Assembly (NCBI GenBank): GCA_016208685.1
Contig: JACQXM010000023.1
Location: forward strand, 2,203 to 66,202
Source of the DNA: Planctomycetota bacterium
GTDB lineage: Bacteria > Planctomycetota > Phycisphaerae > UBA1845
Length of the DNA stretch: 64,000 nucleotides
Reading direction: 5' to 3'
Shown here piece after piece: positions 62,081 through 64,000 of this stretch; positions within the stretch are counted from its first letter, which is position 1; the number at the start of each line of letters is the position of its first letter. Below the pieces are notes generated by a model. That model was given only the letters and a program-made list of their open reading frames with translations, searched no databases and had not been told where the DNA came from. A program made the position numbers and the translations under genes.

Positions 62081-63760
62081 CTAGTGACCGTCCAAAACCC
62101 AGCGCCGGATCAAATCGGCAGCGCCCTTGGGATCCGCCTCCACCATCCGCGCCACCTCTTCGCCCAGCTCGTGATAACGGAGCGTCCGCTCGTCCACCTC
62201 ATGCCCGGTCAGGAAACTCTCCGAGACCGCGGCCTGACCCACCGTGCCCGTTCCGACCGCCAGGACCGGTTCTTCCTCGGCAGGCTCGTTCACCGCCGAC
62301 GCCGCGCGGCGCGACCGGATCACAGCGTCCGAGCTGCGGCGCACGATGCGCGTCATCATGAACAGGCTCATGAGCGCCAGGAAGCCCAGGCCGGCGGGCC
62401 CGCCGTACTCCTTCATCAACCCCAGCGTGTCGAGCGAGGCACGTTCCTCGGCCGCCGCCGCAGCCCCGCCCGGCCCCGCCACCCACTCGCCGCCGGAGGT
62501 GAACTTCATGTCCGGATACATGTCCACCTGCACGTCGCGGGGGTTGCGCGCCATGACGATCTTCTCCACCGTCGATTTGACGCGCGCCAACTGCTCATCA
62601 CGGATGGCGGTGAATTTCGCGTCGTCATCGGTGGGGTTCTGCTCGCCCGGATGTTTCGCGGCGTACAACCCGACAATGAAGCTGCGGGGGATGCTCACGG
62701 CGGCGCCCACGCTCTTGGTGGCCAGGGGCATCTGTTCGACGGTCTCGGTCTCGCGGAGCCTGGGCTCGAAGTTCTCCACCACCGTCTCCTCCGTGGTGTT
62801 GGACTTGCCGCCCCCGGCGCCGCTGACGGCCGTGCCCAGGTTCGCCTGCACGCCGGGCTCGGTCGCCTGCATTCCGGCCGTCTGTTCCCCTGATTGCGTC
62901 GACTCCATCTTCGGCTGCGGTGGGTCGTGCACGTGCTTCTGCGTGACGCGCTTGCTGGTTTCCAGTTCCACGGTCACCTGGGCCCGCACGCCGGGAATGT
63001 CGGCGAGCTGCGTCATGATCTTGGAGAGCAGGTGCGCCTCGCGGCTCTTGACCATGCCCAGGTAGTCGAAGCTCAGGGTGTCGTCCGGATGCGGCGCACT
63101 GTGCGAGCGCCCGGTGCGGGTGTCCATCACATAGACGTTGTGCGGCTTGAGCCCGGAGACCGAACCGCTGACCAGTTTGGCGAATCCCTCGACGATCTCC
63201 GGTGTCATGTCCTGTCCCGGAGCCAGCGTGACCGCCAACGAGGCGCTGGGAACGTCCGACGGCATTCCCAGCCGGCGCTTGGTCTTGGGGCTGATGAGCA
63301 CGGAGGCCTTGCGCACGAAGGGATAGGTGGCGATGATCTTCGCCAGCTCGTTGCCCATGGCGTAGTTCTGAGCGTATTCCCGCGCCTCCGGCGCCAGGAA
63401 GGGATTGGGGTCGCTCACCACGGCGGCCATGTCAAACAGGCTTCCTTCGGGGAGGGCGTCGGCGGAATGCAGCAACCTCAAGGCGTTGTGCCGGTCCGCG
63501 GGGCGCACGAACAGCCGCGTTCCCACCACGGTGTAGGGGATGCCGTTGCCTTTCATCGCCGCCTCCGCGGCATCCAGGGCATCGAAGGTGAATTCATGGT
63601 TAACGACGGGCACCATTTCCGGCGCCGTCGACCACTGCAACAGCCACAGGAGCGAGAAGGCGATCAGCGCCGCGCAGAGACCGATCGCCACCCGCTGCGA
63701 CACGGTGAGGACGCCCATCTGCGTCCCGATGTAGCTCAGCAGTTGTCGCAGTCGTTCCAT
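62081..63760 (-). CDS. fliF: flagellar MS-ring protein FliF
   Basis: An N-terminal TM (VAIGLCAALIAFSLLWLLQW) is followed by a YscJ/FliF ring-building region and a C-terminal TM (LGFLALMSLFMMTRIV). It lies upstream of fliG. Confidence 0.9.
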   Translation of the reverse strand: MERLRQLLSYIGTQMGVLTVSQRVAIGLCAALIAFSLLWLLQWSTAPEMVPVVNHEFTFDALDAAEAAMKGNGIPYTVVGTRLFVRPADRHNALRLLHSADALPEGSLFDMAAVVSDPNPFLAPEAREYAQNYAMGNELAKIIATYPFVRKASVLISPKTKRRLGMPSDVPSASLAVTLAPGQDMTPEIVEGFAKLVSGSVSGLKPHNVYVMDTRTGRSHSAPHPDDTLSFDYLGMVKSREAHLLSKIMTQLADIPGVRAQVTVELETSKRVTQKHVHDPPQPKMESTQSGEQTAGMQATEPGVQANLGTAVSGAGGGKSNTTEETVVENFEPRLRETETVEQMPLATKSVGAAVSIPRSFIVGLYAAKHPGEQNPTDDDAKFTAIRDEQLARVKSTVEKIVMARNPRDVQVDMYPDMKFTSGGEWVAGPGGAAAAAEERASLDTLGLMKEYGGPAGLGFLALMSLFMMTRIVRRSSDAVIRSRRAASAVNEPAEEEPVLAVGTGTVGQAAVSESFLTGHEVDERTLRYHELGEEVARMVEADPKGAADLIRRWVLDGH

Positions 63761-63924
63761 CGAAGCCCGTCCGCCCGTGGCCGCCGGCCGCCGGTTGTGT
63801 CACTCAATGACTCGGCGCGGTCTCGCGCCCACCTGCCCGCTCCCACACGCCGAACATCGCGGCGCAACGTCAAGGACGGGCGATCGCAGCTCCGTCCCCG
63901 CGGCGCCCCATCGCGCACGCTGGT

Positions 63925-64000
63925 TTAGACGCGCATCTGCTTGATCTCTTCATACGCGTCCGTGAGCTTATTTCGCACTTCCATGAGCAGGTCGAACGCG
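63925..64000 (-). CDS. fliE: flagellar hook-basal body protein FliE, 3' end only (runs off the window)
   Basis: The minus-strand translation ...AFDLLMEVRNKLTDAYEEIKQMRV* matches the conserved FliE C-terminus (vRNK...AYqEImrM). It lies directly upstream of fliF. Confidence 0.6.
   Translation of the reverse strand, partial: AFDLLMEVRNKLTDAYEEIKQMRV

Overview
Very GC-rich bacterial chromosomal window. Long stop-free antisense ORFs overlap almost every real gene, so calls rest on recognisable protein motifs, synteny and start-site context. Gene content, including giant Cys/Asp-repeat secreted proteins and an exosortase, suggests a Planctomycetota-like organism; this is inference only.

Layout:
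(i) 1-13.6 kb: TPR protein, PIG-L deacetylase, nadB, 2-hydroxyacid dehydrogenase, alpha/beta hydrolase, and a 1606-aa beta-helix/BNR-propeller secreted protein.
(ii) 13.9-23 kb: MscK-like mechanosensitive channel, stand-alone PilZ protein, PGRS-like glycine-rich lipoprotein, and a compact exosortase with an overlapping membrane partner.
(iii) 23.3-39.6 kb, the most unusual region: a ~2000-aa single-pass transmembrane pseudokinase is divergently paired with an operon encoding a coiled-coil protein, a TssJ-like lipoprotein, TssK, TssL/DotU, an oversized TssM/IcmF and TagF. This is only the membrane-complex and regulatory half of a type VI secretion cluster. No sheath, tube, spike, baseplate-wedge or ClpV genes occur anywhere in the window.
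(iv) 39.7-42 kb: AlkD-like protein with a histone-H1-like basic tail, and a DUF4097-type lipoprotein.
(v) 42.1-64 kb: a minus-strand flagellar super-operon, fliE-F-G-H-I-J-ylxF-fliK-flgD-flgE-flbD-fliL(frameshifted)-fliN-O-P-Q-R-flhB-A-F-G-(small ORF)-fliA. It has no fliM and no motAB.

Intergenic regions carry a family of GC-rich hairpin and MITE-like repeats. No rRNA, tRNA, CRISPR, transposase or integrase genes were recognised.
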